Source: an uncultured Gammaproteobacteria bacterium (lineage in GTDB: Bacteria > Pseudomonadota > Gammaproteobacteria > UBA6002). From it: a stretch of 64,000 nt of DNA. Below, piece after piece: positions 43,399 through 53,902 of the stretch. A program made the position numbers and the translations under genes. The notes under the pieces were generated by a model that worked only from the letters and a program-made list of their open reading frames with translations, was not told where the DNA came from and ran no database searches. How positions within the stretch are numbered: the first letter of the stretch is position 1; each line of letters opens with the position of its first letter. The stretch spans positions 96,001 to 160,000 of the forward strand of contig CAVPKM010000013.1 of assembly GCA_963705725.1 (NCBI GenBank), written 5' to 3'.

Positions 43399-44022
43399 TT
43401 AATCTTTCTTCGCTAGAGACTCAATTTCAGCTATTGATAATTGAGTTATTTCAGCTATGGTTTCTATTTCAAACTGTTTATTTTGCAGCATTCGTAATGC
43501 GGTTTCTTGTAAGGCTTTTTGTGTGCCTTGCTGTAGCCCTTGTTTAAACCCTAGTTCAAACCCTAGCATAAACCCCTGTTCAAACCCTTGCTGTATATCT
43601 TGTTGCCTCAAAGTCATGACTTCCTCCTCTACTTCTTTTGAAAACTTTTGGTGTAAAAATGGCCAAAATTTAGATGAATGGCTTAAATTTCCCTCAGAAT
43701 AGAGATAATATAACAAATCTACTACCTCATCTCTATAACCCTGTTCTTCTAATGCTTGAAGCAAGACAACTAAGTCGGATTCTAAATAATCTGATAAGTT
43801 TTTGTCATAAATATGTTTCAAGCTTAGTAATAACACTAGCGCTTGGATGCCTCCCTGAAGCTGAACCCTTAGCGCTTCATCAGGTAGCGCAGCTAAATCA
43901 ATCAGCTGGGTCGGAGAATTAAATAATTTATCAAACAATGGCTTGGCAGCTTCAGGCTCTTATGGCTTCGAGGCATTAGAAATCACTAAGGGATAAACAA
44001 AAGGAATTTTGGCAGATTTTCC
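43399..44022 (-). pseudogene. 5'-truncated Rpn/YhgA-like nuclease copy with an intact RpnS-like C-terminal ORF (43399-43617)
   Basis: Near-identical to the 3' part of 46953-47945; cut by the IS1634 end; a 30-bp deletion creates TAA. Confidence 0.88.
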
Positions 44023-45487
44023 CCTACATTCCTGCGATCTCCATTAAGAAATTCCATATATTTGTAGAGCGAATCCACCAAATAACTTAATAATTAATTC
44101 TGTCAGATTTGTTAACACTTCTTTTGTCGGCCTAGGCTGATTATCTTTATAAAATCGAACAACGCCTATTCCTTCCATAATATGATAAATCCAACTTCTT
44201 TCTCATTACGTTTAATCTCGCTCTGAACTTGGTGACCGATGATTTCTCCTTTTTCTTCTTTCTTCGGTCGTCCAAATTTCTTATGTTTTACAACAGGAAT
44301 AATTTTTAGCTCTGTTTGATGATAAGGAAATTTTTTTGTGATTTTATTGCTTGATTTTATCGCATCTGCTTCACATAAAAATACCTCATTACCTAAATGC
44401 CATAACGCTTTCTTTAATATGTCATCTTGTTTTTTTAGCTTCTTATCAAATGTTTTCTTCTCTCTATGATAGGATTGCTCTGAATAAATTAATAACCATC
44501 TCTGCTTGACTTCTCCATAATTTGAATAAAACTCGGCTGTTTTATAGCCTTTTTCTTGTTCTTTCCACTTAATTTCTTGATCCTCTTTTTCAATTAATTC
44601 TCGTGCTTCTTTTATTGTTTCAGGCACTCGACTTACCCATAAATACTCTGATTGCTTCAATAATTTCTCTTTGCTGTATAAGGCTGAGTCTGCAACCCAT
44701 TTAAATTCCGGACATCCCTGTAATTGTTTCTGAAATGACCGGACTTTCTTTATCGTTTCATGAAATGCTTGCTTGTCCGAGCTATTTCCATCTTGTGGCT
44801 CCATCCATATAGGAATCGCGCCAGAGCCACTGACCACTAATGACATCACAACTTGCTTTAAATCGGACGATGATCTTTTGAATGGCCATGCGTTATTTTA
44901 ATTACATTCTCTTGCGCCTTTTTTCCATATTCTCCTTCTATGGATAAGCTGGTACTATCCAAATGCGCTAATTCACCTAATAAATTATTTTCCAAAGCAA
45001 TTTCAAATGCTATTTCTCCAAATAGTTTACTCGCATCGTATCGATAGATTTCATCTAATGCTTTCCCCAGTGCATTATCATCTAAATGATGAGAGTGGAT
45101 GCCTTGTCCTAATAACTGCTCTACTGGTTGCTCTCAAAAAACTGCGGCGTTAAATATAGCCTGCCGTTTGTGAATCCAAGGCCATTGAGTATCAGCGCCA
45201 CCGCCGCCATCCCCGTACTGACTATCCGACGAGGATCTTTTTTTCCCATCCGCTTATCTATTTTCCCTATTATTCTTATATCCTTACAGATGCCCGCAAT
45301 TAAACCATGGTGATCCATGGATAACTTTTAATCTCTTCGTCTCCCTAGTTCCATTTAAAATCTCATCCTTTGATTTGAAATGAAAATATTCTATCACTTT
45401 TTAAAATTCCTTAATTTCAATTAGATCGTTTGTGAAATTTGGCAACTTAAATTTAAATTTTCTGGGCTAAGATCACAGGAATGTAGG
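44023..45487 (-). mobile_element. IS1634-family element, decayed (frameshifts and an internal deletion)
   Basis: TIRs CCTACATTCCTGCGATCT / AGATCACAGGAATGTAGG (17/18); DHHGLIAG, GNSSDK, VADSALY, WVSRVPETIKEA motifs; no target duplication seen. Confidence 0.85.
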
Positions 45488-45495
45488 TTATAATA

Positions 45496-45729
45496 TTGGT
45501 CGAGCACTCCTGGTTAGCCAAGTGCACTGAAAGGGCTGATGATTAGCGGATACGATTGAACCTATCATTGGGCATTTGAAGGAAGATCATAGGCTAAGTC
45601 ACAATTATTTGTTTGGCAAAATTGGAGATAAAATTATCAATTTTGCCCGGCGCTTTCAATCTTAGAAAAATTATGAAGTTAATGACAACCGAGGAGCCTT
45701 GTTTGGCTTGAATATTTCAGGGCAGATTA
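45496..45729 (+). mobile_element. IS5-family transposase C-terminal remnant
   Basis: IEPIIGHLKEDHRLSHNYLFGKIGDKI...FNLRKIM. Confidence 0.7.
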
Positions 45730-45881
45730 TTTAAACTTAAAAAAAGCCTTCTTGAGAGAAAGTCAACCTCTAAGTTCTACTCCCTGTAATGAAAAAATAT
45801 TGAAATTTGAGATTATCGCTTTATTTTTATGAATTTTAATTATAGAATAGAAACTTATTAACTATTTATCTGGAGAGCTTA

Positions 45882-46739
45882 ATGTATTCAAAGTTTGAGT
45901 CAGGAGATGGTAGAAATTCTACCAATGAAACATCTTTGCCAGAAAATCGGCATCTAGTAGAAGAACAAGCAGATGCTAAAGCAGAGGAAGTCACAGTAAA
46001 TCATTCTGACGCAGAAATCAAAAAGAAACATGGATTGGAAGATATTTATAATAATACAACAGCGACGCTTATCGGTAGTTGGCAGGTGTCTTTAGAGAAC
46101 ACACCTGTGCGAGAAGAGAAGTTAATACGACTATCGTCTAGCAATCCTGATTCAGATTGCCATGCCAAAAAGAGTCTCAGTTTGAAAGATATTTATAATA
46201 ATACAACAGCGACCCTTATCGATAGTTGGCAGGTGTCTTTAGAGAACACACCTGTGCGAGAAGAGAAGTTAATACGAGCATCGTCCAGCAATCCCGATTC
46301 AGATTCCCACGTCAAAAAGAGTCTCAGTTTGAAAGATATTTATAATAATACAACAGCGACCCTTATCGATAGTTGGCAGGTGTCTGAGAACACACCTGTG
46401 CGAGAAGAGAAGTTAATACGAGCATCGTCCAGCAATCTCGATTCAGATTCCCACGCCAAAAAGAGTCTCAGTTTGAAAGATATTTATAATAATACAACAG
46501 CGACCCTTATCGATAGTTGGCAGGTGTCTTTAGAGAACACACCTGTGCGAGAAGAGAAGTTAATACAAGCATCGTCCAGCAATCCTGATTCAGATTCCCA
46601 CGCCAAAAAGAGTCTCAGTTTGAAAGATATTTATAGTAATACAACAGCGACCCTTATCGGTAGTTGGCAGGTATCTTTAGAGAACACACCTGTGCGAGAA
46701 GAAGAGAAATTAACAATAATACCATCATCTAGATTCTGA
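45882..46739 (+). CDS. Orphan protein with 49-aa (147-bp) tandem repeats, about 4.6 copies
   Basis: RBS GGAG; units start at 46038, 46185, 46332, 46476 and 46623; indels are in-frame. Confidence 0.8.
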   Translation: MYSKFESGDGRNSTNETSLPENRHLVEEQADAKAEEVTVNHSDAEIKKKHGLEDIYNNTTATLIGSWQVSLENTPVREEKLIRLSSSNPDSDCHAKKSLSLKDIYNNTTATLIDSWQVSLENTPVREEKLIRASSSNPDSDSHVKKSLSLKDIYNNTTATLIDSWQVSENTPVREEKLIRASSSNLDSDSHAKKSLSLKDIYNNTTATLIDSWQVSLENTPVREEKLIQASSSNPDSDSHAKKSLSLKDIYSNTTATLIGSWQVSLENTPVREEEKLTIIPSSRF

Positions 46740-46772
46740 TTCAGTTAGGTATGTAATCGCTTGGTGTTAACA

Positions 46773-46943
46773 GAATATGCTGTTTTAGTCACCAATCTTG
46801 ATTCTGAAATTATTACCATAGGATCGCATTATCGCGACCGAGCGGATAGTGAAAATAATTTTGATGAATTAAAAAATCAGTGGGGATAGTCTGGTTATAC
46901 AACGAATGATTTGCCTCGTCGCCGTTTAATGGCACGTATCATT
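46773..46943 (+). mobile_element. IS1380-family transposase remnant
   Basis: EYAVLVTNL...HYRDRADSENNFDELKNQWG*SGYTTNDL. Confidence 0.7.
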
Positions 46944-46952
46944 CAATAGCAA

Positions 46953-47945
46953 TTAATTTTCTTTCTTCGCTAGAGACTCAATTTCAGCTATTGATAATTG
47001 AGTTATTTTAGCGATGGTTTCTATTTCAAACTGTTTACTTTGCAGCATTCGTAATGCGGTTTCTTGTAAGGCTTTTTGCGTGCCTTGCTGTAACCCTCGC
47101 TGCTCCCCTTGCTGTATATCTTGTTGCCTCAAAGTCATGACTTCCTCCTCTACTTCTTTTGAAAACTTTCTGTGTAAAAATGGCCAAAATTTAGATGAAT
47201 GGCTTAAATTTCCCTCAGAATAGAGATAATATAACAAATCTACTACCTCATCTCTATAACCCTGTTCTTCTAATGCTTGAAGCAAGACAACTAAGTCGGA
47301 TTCTAAATAATCTGATAAGTTTTTGTCATAAATATGTTTCAAGCTTAGTAATAACACTAGCGCTTGGATGCCTCCCTGAAGCTGAACCCTTAGCGCTTCA
47401 TCAGGTAGCGCAGCTAAATCAATCAGCTGGGTCGGAGAATTAAATAATTTATCAAACAATGGCTTGGCAGCTTCAGGCTCTACCATATCTCGAAGGGTTA
47501 ACGAATGCCGATATGGCCTCGAGGCATTAGAAATCACCAAGGGATAAACAAAAGGAATTTTGGCAGATTTGCCCCGAGTTTTTGAAGCTTTTCGTACATG
47601 ATCCCAGATCACCCCCAGATAACAAAATAAACGAAGCGGCATCCAGGCATCGGGCTGTCTTTGCTGCTCGATCAGCACCCAGATATGGCAATCTTCCTGC
47701 GTTAATTTACAACGGGTTTTAAACAAAATGTCGACTTCTAGGAAGCGATGTTCGGCATCGACAAAAGAATCTGATTGTCGCTCTAAGTGATTCAAGTCAA
47801 CGAAATTTTTTACCTCTTCAGGTAAGTAAGCTTCAAGAATTTCACGAGTTGTGACAATATTGGAGAGGAGTCGCTTGAGTAGTTTATCATGCGGTTGATT
47901 AATTTTTGAGGTAGGGTTAAGTTCAATTGCATCCTTAATTGCCAT
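46953..47945 (-). CDS. Rpn family recombination-promoting nuclease (YhgA-like PD-(D/E)XK) with internal RpnS start at 47138
   Basis: PHDKLLK, DSFVD, DILF, LIEQQ, MPLRL, VYPLVI; GAGGAGG upstream of MTLRQQ. Confidence 0.92.
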   Translation of the reverse strand: MAIKDAIELNPTSKINQPHDKLLKRLLSNIVTTREILEAYLPEEVKNFVDLNHLERQSDSFVDAEHRFLEVDILFKTRCKLTQEDCHIWVLIEQQRQPDAWMPLRLFCYLGVIWDHVRKASKTRGKSAKIPFVYPLVISNASRPYRHSLTLRDMVEPEAAKPLFDKLFNSPTQLIDLAALPDEALRVQLQGGIQALVLLLSLKHIYDKNLSDYLESDLVVLLQALEEQGYRDEVVDLLYYLYSEGNLSHSSKFWPFLHRKFSKEVEEEVMTLRQQDIQQGEQRGLQQGTQKALQETALRMLQSKQFEIETIAKITQLSIAEIESLAKKEN

Positions 47946-48115
47946 TAGCTATTCAGCACAGGGTTGAGACCTCCATATTTTGCCATCTTCGAACAAAAAA
48001 TTTAATTAAAACTGCTCACATACTTCAGTATGCTCCGCTTTTTAATTAAATTGTTTGTCCGAATCTGGCTAAAATCTGAACGTTTAGCGACTTCTAGCAT
48101 TGTGCTGAATAGTAC
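47946..48115. mobile_element. Second copy of the 172-bp MITE, abutting the rpn start codon
   Basis: Aligns end to end with 310-481; ends TAGCTATTCAGCACA / TGTGCTGAATAGTAC are slightly eroded. Confidence 0.9.
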
Positions 48116-48262
48116 GACTGACATTTTATTTCTTCTTATAACAAATAAGTAATTGAACTTATTATTGTACCTCCACTGATATGGTAAACAACCCCGTGTT
48201 TTTAAAGCACCCCACCTTTATTCTTTACCATGAGCCGTAAATTGAAAAAAATGCAGAGAAAG

Positions 48263-49534
48263 TTAATGCTGTAGAGAGAGGGAGCTAGGAGGGAGAATTT
48301 TAACAGTTTTAATGAAATTTCCTTCAATGACAGTAATTTCTAAATGATAGCCCTCTATTTTTAAACAAAGTGGCGTGCTGGGAATGGTTTGTAAATATTC
48401 CAAGATAAGCCCATTTAGGGTCTTGGGGCCTGTTATTGGGAGATTCCAATTTAATATTTTATTCAGTTCTCGAATGGTAATGCTGCCATCAACCAAGTAA
48501 GAGCCATCGCCTTGCGGTAGAATTTCTTCGTTTGGGGTGGATAAGTTCGTGGTGAATTGGCCAACAATTTCTTCTAAAATATCTTCGAGCGTTGCTAATC
48601 CAAGTATGTCACCATATTCATCAACAACGAGGCCAATACGTATTTTTTGTTGTTGAAAATGAAAAAGTTGGTCATTTAACGGTGTTCCTTCAGGGATAAA
48701 ATACGCTTGATCTGCGGTCTCAATTAGCGTTTTTTTGGAAAGTTTATTTTCAGCAAATAAATGCAACACTTTTCTGACGTGCAAAATTCCAACTACGTCA
48801 TCAATTTTTCCATGGTAGATAGGGATACGCGTATGCTCGCACCTTTGCAAATGCGCGAGGATATTTTCCCAGTCATCATCCAAATCCAGGCCATTAATCT
48901 CATTGCGTGGAATCATAATATCTTCGATCGTCGCTTTTCCTAAGTCTAATATGCCAAGTAACATGGCTTGATATCGACCGGCAGATTTTCCTACCGCTTC
49001 GTAAACCACAGTGCGAAGTTCATCATGAGATAACACATCGAATTCATTTTTTTTATTGACTCGTAAAATTCGTAGTAAGTTATTGGCAATACCACTTGCG
49101 AACCAGACGAGAGGGTATAGTGCGCGTAGAAGAAATGTGAGAGGCAATGAAACAAAGAAGGAAGTGCGCTCAGGATAAAGTGCGGCTAAAATTTTTGGGG
49201 TAATTTCAGAAAAAATAAGAATCACAAGGGTAAGCGTGAGGGTTGTGGCGGTGACACCAAAATTTGGCCAGTACTCAACCGCAAGTAGCGTGGCTACCGC
49301 TGAAGCGAAGACATTGCCAAAGGTATTTCCAATTAGGATCACCCCAAGCAAGCGGTCTGGTCTGTCTAAGAGTTTGCTGACTCTTTCTGCGGCAGGATTA
49401 CCCTTTCGCGCTAAATGCCGCAGACGATAGCGATTAATTGCCATAATGCCGGTTTCTGCACTAGAAAAAAAAGCGGAAAAAACAATCAAGCAAAATAATA
49501 TGATGATTAAAATATGAAACGAAAACGAATTCAA
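48263..49534 (-). CDS. HlyC/CorC (CNNM/DUF21-CBS) family protein, YfjD-like
   Basis: SAFFSSAETG, ILIGN, EITPK, VVDEYG; probable TTG start at 49534. Confidence 0.93.
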   Translation of the reverse strand: MNSFSFHILIIILFCLIVFSAFFSSAETGIMAINRYRLRHLARKGNPAAERVSKLLDRPDRLLGVILIGNTFGNVFASAVATLLAVEYWPNFGVTATTLTLTLVILIFSEITPKILAALYPERTSFFVSLPLTFLLRALYPLVWFASGIANNLLRILRVNKKNEFDVLSHDELRTVVYEAVGKSAGRYQAMLLGILDLGKATIEDIMIPRNEINGLDLDDDWENILAHLQRCEHTRIPIYHGKIDDVVGILHVRKVLHLFAENKLSKKTLIETADQAYFIPEGTPLNDQLFHFQQQKIRIGLVVDEYGDILGLATLEDILEEIVGQFTTNLSTPNEEILPQGDGSYLVDGSITIRELNKILNWNLPITGPKTLNGLILEYLQTIPSTPLCLKIEGYHLEITVIEGNFIKTVKILPPSSLSLQH

Positions 49535-50328
49535 GGCTGTAATCTCGTCATAAGTAAGCCGCCATAATAAAGAATAGAAAGCAAGAAGACGCCTCCCAGT
49601 GTGCAATAGACCGCTTTTTTACCACGCCAACCAAAATATTGTCGTCCAAGTAAGAGGAAGGTAAAGATCAGCCAAGCAACCAAGGTGATGATGGTTTTTT
49701 GTAAAAAATGATTCAACAAAATAGAATGGAAAAAGTATAAGCTCGTTCCAATTAACCCACTCAATAGTATTACACCCACGAATAAAAGTTGAAAAAGAAT
49801 TTTTTCCATGGTTTCAAGCGGAGGCAAAATATTGATCGCTTCAAGATGTTTTAATTTCAATAATTTTTCTTGCAGGGCGAGAGTCAATGCTTGGATTGCA
49901 GCAATTGACAGTACACTGAAGGTGAATACTGATAGCAGTATGTGTAAAAATTGACTTGGATGATTTCCAGTTTGCAGAATATAGCGAGCATGAGAATGAA
50001 TAGCTAAAAAAATCGAGGCTGCTGCAAACGGGAAAATTAAAATTTGCAGATAGGCAACGGGTTGAACAGCCGCCAAAGGGATAATAATCATGACAATTAG
50101 CCAGCTAGCTAGTGAAAGCAAGTTGATTTCAGTCAGATTTTGTCCTGACGATAGATCAATTAGGCTATAAAGCAGGTAGCCATGTAAGAGGGCAGCAAGG
50201 CAGCCACAGGAAATTGCTAAGAAACCAAGTGTTTGACCAAACAACCGCTGGTCTTGTTTGTTCTTAAGGGAAAGCACCTGTAGGCTGGTGCCTGCCGAAT
50301 AAAAAATAGCTGTTAGGAGATTTAGCAT
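49531..50328 (-). CDS. YpjD/CcsA-like inner membrane protein
   Basis: LPPLETMEK, GWRGKKA; divergent from ffh. Confidence 0.88.
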   Translation of the reverse strand: MLNLLTAIFYSAGTSLQVLSLKNKQDQRLFGQTLGFLAISCGCLAALLHGYLLYSLIDLSSGQNLTEINLLSLASWLIVMIIIPLAAVQPVAYLQILIFPFAAASIFLAIHSHARYILQTGNHPSQFLHILLSVFTFSVLSIAAIQALTLALQEKLLKLKHLEAINILPPLETMEKILFQLLFVGVILLSGLIGTSLYFFHSILLNHFLQKTIITLVAWLIFTFLLLGRQYFGWRGKKAVYCTLGGVFLLSILYYGGLLMTRLQP

Positions 50329-50446
50329 CTTCGTAAATAAATTTTTAAAGGAGTATTATAACCGTTATCGGTAAAATTTTGTACTGCTAAGAGAAATAGG
50401 TATAATTTAGACAAAGTTATTAAAGTTATTATTGAAGGGTTTATTT

Positions 50447-51808
50447 ATGTTTACTACATTAACGGGGCGGCTAACGCAGGCAATCGAGAATTTAACTGGT
50501 CGAGGACGCCTGACTGAAAATAATATTCGCGATACCTTGCGTGAAATCCGAATGGCCTTCCTTGAGGCAGATGTTGCCTTGCCTGTTGTTAAGTCATTTA
50601 TTGAGTCTTTGCAAGAAAAAGCTTTAGGTCAGCAAGTATTGCAAAGCTTAACCCCAGGCGATACCTTGATTAAAATTGTTCATGATGAACTCACCTCCGT
50701 GCTTGGCAGTGAAAGTTCAGCATTAAATTTGCAAACTCAGCCTCCTGCAGTCATTTTGGTTGCCGGCTTGCAAGGATCAGGAAAAACCACCACAGTAGGC
50801 AAGCTCGCCAACTGGTTGCAACAAGAACAAAAAAAGTCGGTGCTTGTTGCAAGCGTTGACGTTTATCGCCCTGCTGCTATCTTGCAGTTAGAAACACTAG
50901 CTGGATTGGTTAAGGCGACTTATTTCCCAAGTCAAGTTGGGCAAGATCCAGTAACCATTGCAAGAGAAGCCATAGCAAAAGCAAAAACACAATTTATAGA
51001 CGTTGTCATCATCGATAGTGCAGGAAGATTGCATATTGATAATGAAATGATGGATGAAATTAAACGAATTTACGAAGCAATACAGCCGATTGAAACGCTT
51101 TTTGTTGTAGACAGCATGACTGGACAAGATGCTGCAAACACGGCTAAAGCCTTTCATGAAGCTTTGCCCCTAACAGGGATTGTGTTGACGAAAACAGACG
51201 GAGATGCAAGAGGTGGTGCGGCCTTATCTATTCGTCAGATTACCGGTAAGCCGATTAAATTTATCGGCGTGGGTGAAAAAATTGATGCGTTAGAGATTTT
51301 TCATCCCGAACGGATCGCTTCTCGTATTTTAGGAATGGGAGATATTCTCTCCTTAGTGGAAGAGGCGCAGCGTAAAGTTGATAAAGCTCATGCCGAGAAG
51401 ATTGCTAAAAAATTAAAGAAGGGTAAAAGCTTCGATTTAGAAGATTTTCGCAATCAATTACAGCAGATGCGTAATATGGGCGGAGTGGCGAGTCTTATTG
51501 GAAAAATTCCGGGAATGAGTCAACTGCCGGCGACTGCAAAAGCAAGCCTTGATGAAAAAAAGTTTATGAAAATGGAAGCGATTATCAATTCCATGACATC
51601 AAAAGAACGGCGCTATCCAGCGCTGATTAAAGGATCTCAAAAACGTCGGATTGCGCTGGGTTCTGGCACACAAGTTCAAGATGTAAATTGGCTGCTTAAA
51701 CAATTTCTGCAAATGCAGAAAATGCTGAAAAAACTAAAAGGCGGTGGAATGATGAAGATGATGCAACGCCTGCAGAACCTTATGCCGGGTGATTTGCCTC
51801 CGGTATAA
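50447..51808 (+). CDS. ffh: Signal recognition particle protein
   Basis: GLQGSGKTT, DSAGR, DGDARGGAALS. Confidence 0.99.
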   Translation: MFTTLTGRLTQAIENLTGRGRLTENNIRDTLREIRMAFLEADVALPVVKSFIESLQEKALGQQVLQSLTPGDTLIKIVHDELTSVLGSESSALNLQTQPPAVILVAGLQGSGKTTTVGKLANWLQQEQKKSVLVASVDVYRPAAILQLETLAGLVKATYFPSQVGQDPVTIAREAIAKAKTQFIDVVIIDSAGRLHIDNEMMDEIKRIYEAIQPIETLFVVDSMTGQDAANTAKAFHEALPLTGIVLTKTDGDARGGAALSIRQITGKPIKFIGVGEKIDALEIFHPERIASRILGMGDILSLVEEAQRKVDKAHAEKIAKKLKKGKSFDLEDFRNQLQQMRNMGGVASLIGKIPGMSQLPATAKASLDEKKFMKMEAIINSMTSKERRYPALIKGSQKRRIALGSGTQVQDVNWLLKQFLQMQKMLKKLKGGGMMKMMQRLQNLMPGDLPPV

Positions 51809-51899
51809 CGATTTACGTATATTTTGTGTTTACTCTTTTTTGGATTTTTCATACAATCATGAGTTTGGCTAAAAAGTATTAGAGAGGAAGTATTAAACA

Positions 51900-52229
51900 A
51901 TGGTAGTAATTCGTTTAGCTCGAGGAGGCGCTAAGAAGCGTCCTTTTTACAGCATAGTTGTTGCTGATAGCCGTGAAGCACGTGATGGTCGCTATATTGA
52001 GCGTGTGGGATATTATAATCCTATTGCACGTGGAGGCGAAAAAGAACACAGGCTAGTGTTTAAACCAGATCGCATGGACTATTGGACATCGCAAGGCGCG
52101 CAACCTTCTGATCGTGTTGATCGCTTATTTAAAGAATATCAGACGAAGGTTGTACCTCAAGCTGCTCAGGCGCAAGAAGAGAACAAAAAAAAGCAGCCTA
52201 ATAAAGCGGCAAGCCATTCTGAAGCTTAA
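51900..52229 (+). CDS. rpsP: 30S ribosomal protein S16
   Basis: [17 protein letters not shown]. Confidence 0.99.
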   Translation: MVVIRLARGGAKKRPFYSIVVADSREARDGRYIERVGYYNPIARGGEKEHRLVFKPDRMDYWTSQGAQPSDRVDRLFKEYQTKVVPQAAQAQEENKKKQPNKAASHSEA

Positions 52230-52729
52230 TGTCAGTTATCATTGGGAAATTCGGCAGTCCACATGGCATTAAAGGTTGGGTGAAGGTCATTTCCTATGCG
52301 AACCCAATCGAAAATATTTTAAATTATTTGCCGTGGAAAGTTTATCAAGCGGAAGAAGAGATTCTTCTTGAAAAAGTCACCGGTAAGGTACAGGGGAAAA
52401 ATTTAATTGTTTCACTAGCAGGCTGTCACGATAGGGATCAAGCAAAGACGTATACAAATTTAGAAATTTTTATTGATCGCAGTCAATTACCCCCTTCTGA
52501 AGAGAATGAATTTTATTGGGTAGATTTAATTGGATTAACTGTTTTTAATCAAGCCCAAGAAAAATTGGGAGTGGTTGATTCCCTATTTGCAACAGGATCA
52601 AATGATGTCTTGGTGGTAAAAGACTTAAGCGGGAGGGAACATTATATTCCCTATCTTGCAAACGTCATACTTGACGTAGATTTAAACAATAAAAAAATGC
52701 AAGTCGATTGGGATCTATCCCCTTCGTGA
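52229..52729 (+). CDS. rimM: Ribosome maturation factor RimM
   Basis: [25 protein letters not shown]. Confidence 0.97.
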   Translation: MSVIIGKFGSPHGIKGWVKVISYANPIENILNYLPWKVYQAEEEILLEKVTGKVQGKNLIVSLAGCHDRDQAKTYTNLEIFIDRSQLPPSEENEFYWVDLIGLTVFNQAQEKLGVVDSLFATGSNDVLVVKDLSGREHYIPYLANVILDVDLNNKKMQVDWDLSPS

Positions 52730-52742
52730 AAGGTATAAATTA

Positions 52743-53522
52743 TTGAAAATAGGTATTATTAGCCTATTTCCTGAGATGTTTGCCACCTTAAATTACGGCA
52801 TAACGGGAAAAGCGCTGACAAAAGGTTTTTTGGAATTGCGCTACTGGAATCCTCGAGATTTCGTTGCTAATGAGATGAATGGTGCTTACAAGCACCGCAT
52901 TGTTGATGACCGTCCTTATGGAGGAGGTCCGGGAATGGTGATGATGGTGCAGCCGTTGCGTGACGCGATTCATGCCGCTAAGCGCGTGTTAAATGGGCAG
53001 GCGTCAGTGGTTCATTTGTCACCACAGGGTAAAAGAATAGATCAACAACATATTATCGAGCAGGCTGAAAAAAAGGAATTGATTCTGATTGCAAGCCGCT
53101 ATGAAGGAGTGGATGAGCGACTAATTGAAACAGAAGTGGATGAAGAGTGGTCAATTGGTGATTATGTTATTTCTGGAGGAGAATTGTCTGCAATGGTGGT
53201 GGTGGATGCCATAGCGCGCTTGATTCCGGGTGTGTTAGGAGATCCAGAATCGGCAAAGCAGGATTCTTTTATGGATGGACTTTTGGATTGTCCGCATTAT
53301 ACTCGACCAGAAGCGTATCAGGGACGACATGTTCCAAACGTTTTACTTAAAGGAAATCACCAGGTTATCGCAAACTGGCGATTAAAACAGGCACTAGGCC
53401 GTACGTGGCTTAAACGTCCTGATTTGTTAGTAAAAAAAATACTGAGCCCTTTAGAGAAACGATTGTTAAATGAATTTATTTGCGAATATCATGAAGCGAG
53501 AGGAAAAACGCATGTTCAATAA
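52743..53522 (+). CDS. trmD: tRNA (guanine-N1)-methyltransferase
   Basis: [31 protein letters not shown]. Confidence 0.98.
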   Translation: MKIGIISLFPEMFATLNYGITGKALTKGFLELRYWNPRDFVANEMNGAYKHRIVDDRPYGGGPGMVMMVQPLRDAIHAAKRVLNGQASVVHLSPQGKRIDQQHIIEQAEKKELILIASRYEGVDERLIETEVDEEWSIGDYVISGGELSAMVVVDAIARLIPGVLGDPESAKQDSFMDGLLDCPHYTRPEAYQGRHVPNVLLKGNHQVIANWRLKQALGRTWLKRPDLLVKKILSPLEKRLLNEFICEYHEARGKTHVQ

Positions 53523-53862
53523 CATTATTAAGCAGCTTGAAGCTGAACAAATGCAAGGCAAGGTTATTCCTTCATTTCGTTCTGGCGATACGGTTGTTGT
53601 ACAAGTCAAGGTCAGAGAGGGTGAGCGAGTTCGAGTGCAAGCTTATGAAGGTGTGGTGATTGCTAAACGGAATCGTGGTTTAAACTCCGCTTTTACAGTT
53701 AGAAAAATGTCTAATGGCGTAAGTGTTGAAAGAGTTTTTCAAGCCTATAGTTCGCTCATTGAGTCAATTGAAGTTAAGCGTCGTGGTGCGGTAAGAAGGG
53801 CAAAACTTTATTACTTGCGTAATTTAACGGGTAAAAAAGCTCGTATTAAAGAGAAAGTATAA
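53512..53862 (+). CDS. rplS: 50S ribosomal protein L19
   Basis: [19 protein letters not shown]. Confidence 0.99.
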   Translation: MFNNIIKQLEAEQMQGKVIPSFRSGDTVVVQVKVREGERVRVQAYEGVVIAKRNRGLNSAFTVRKMSNGVSVERVFQAYSSLIESIEVKRRGAVRRAKLYYLRNLTGKKARIKEKV

Positions 53863-53902
53863 AATTTATCTGTCAGTTTATTCAAGACCCTGCGTAGCAT
53901 AA

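Noticed and set aside
45810-45850. PmrA box upstream of the repeat-protein gene
   Set aside because: No acceptable match to cTTAA-N2-TT-N2-cTTAA at the expected spacing.
46038-46700. 147-bp repeats near a nuclease gene as a CRISPR-like array
   Set aside because: Units repeat over their whole length with no unique spacers, stay in frame within an ORF, and no cas genes are present.
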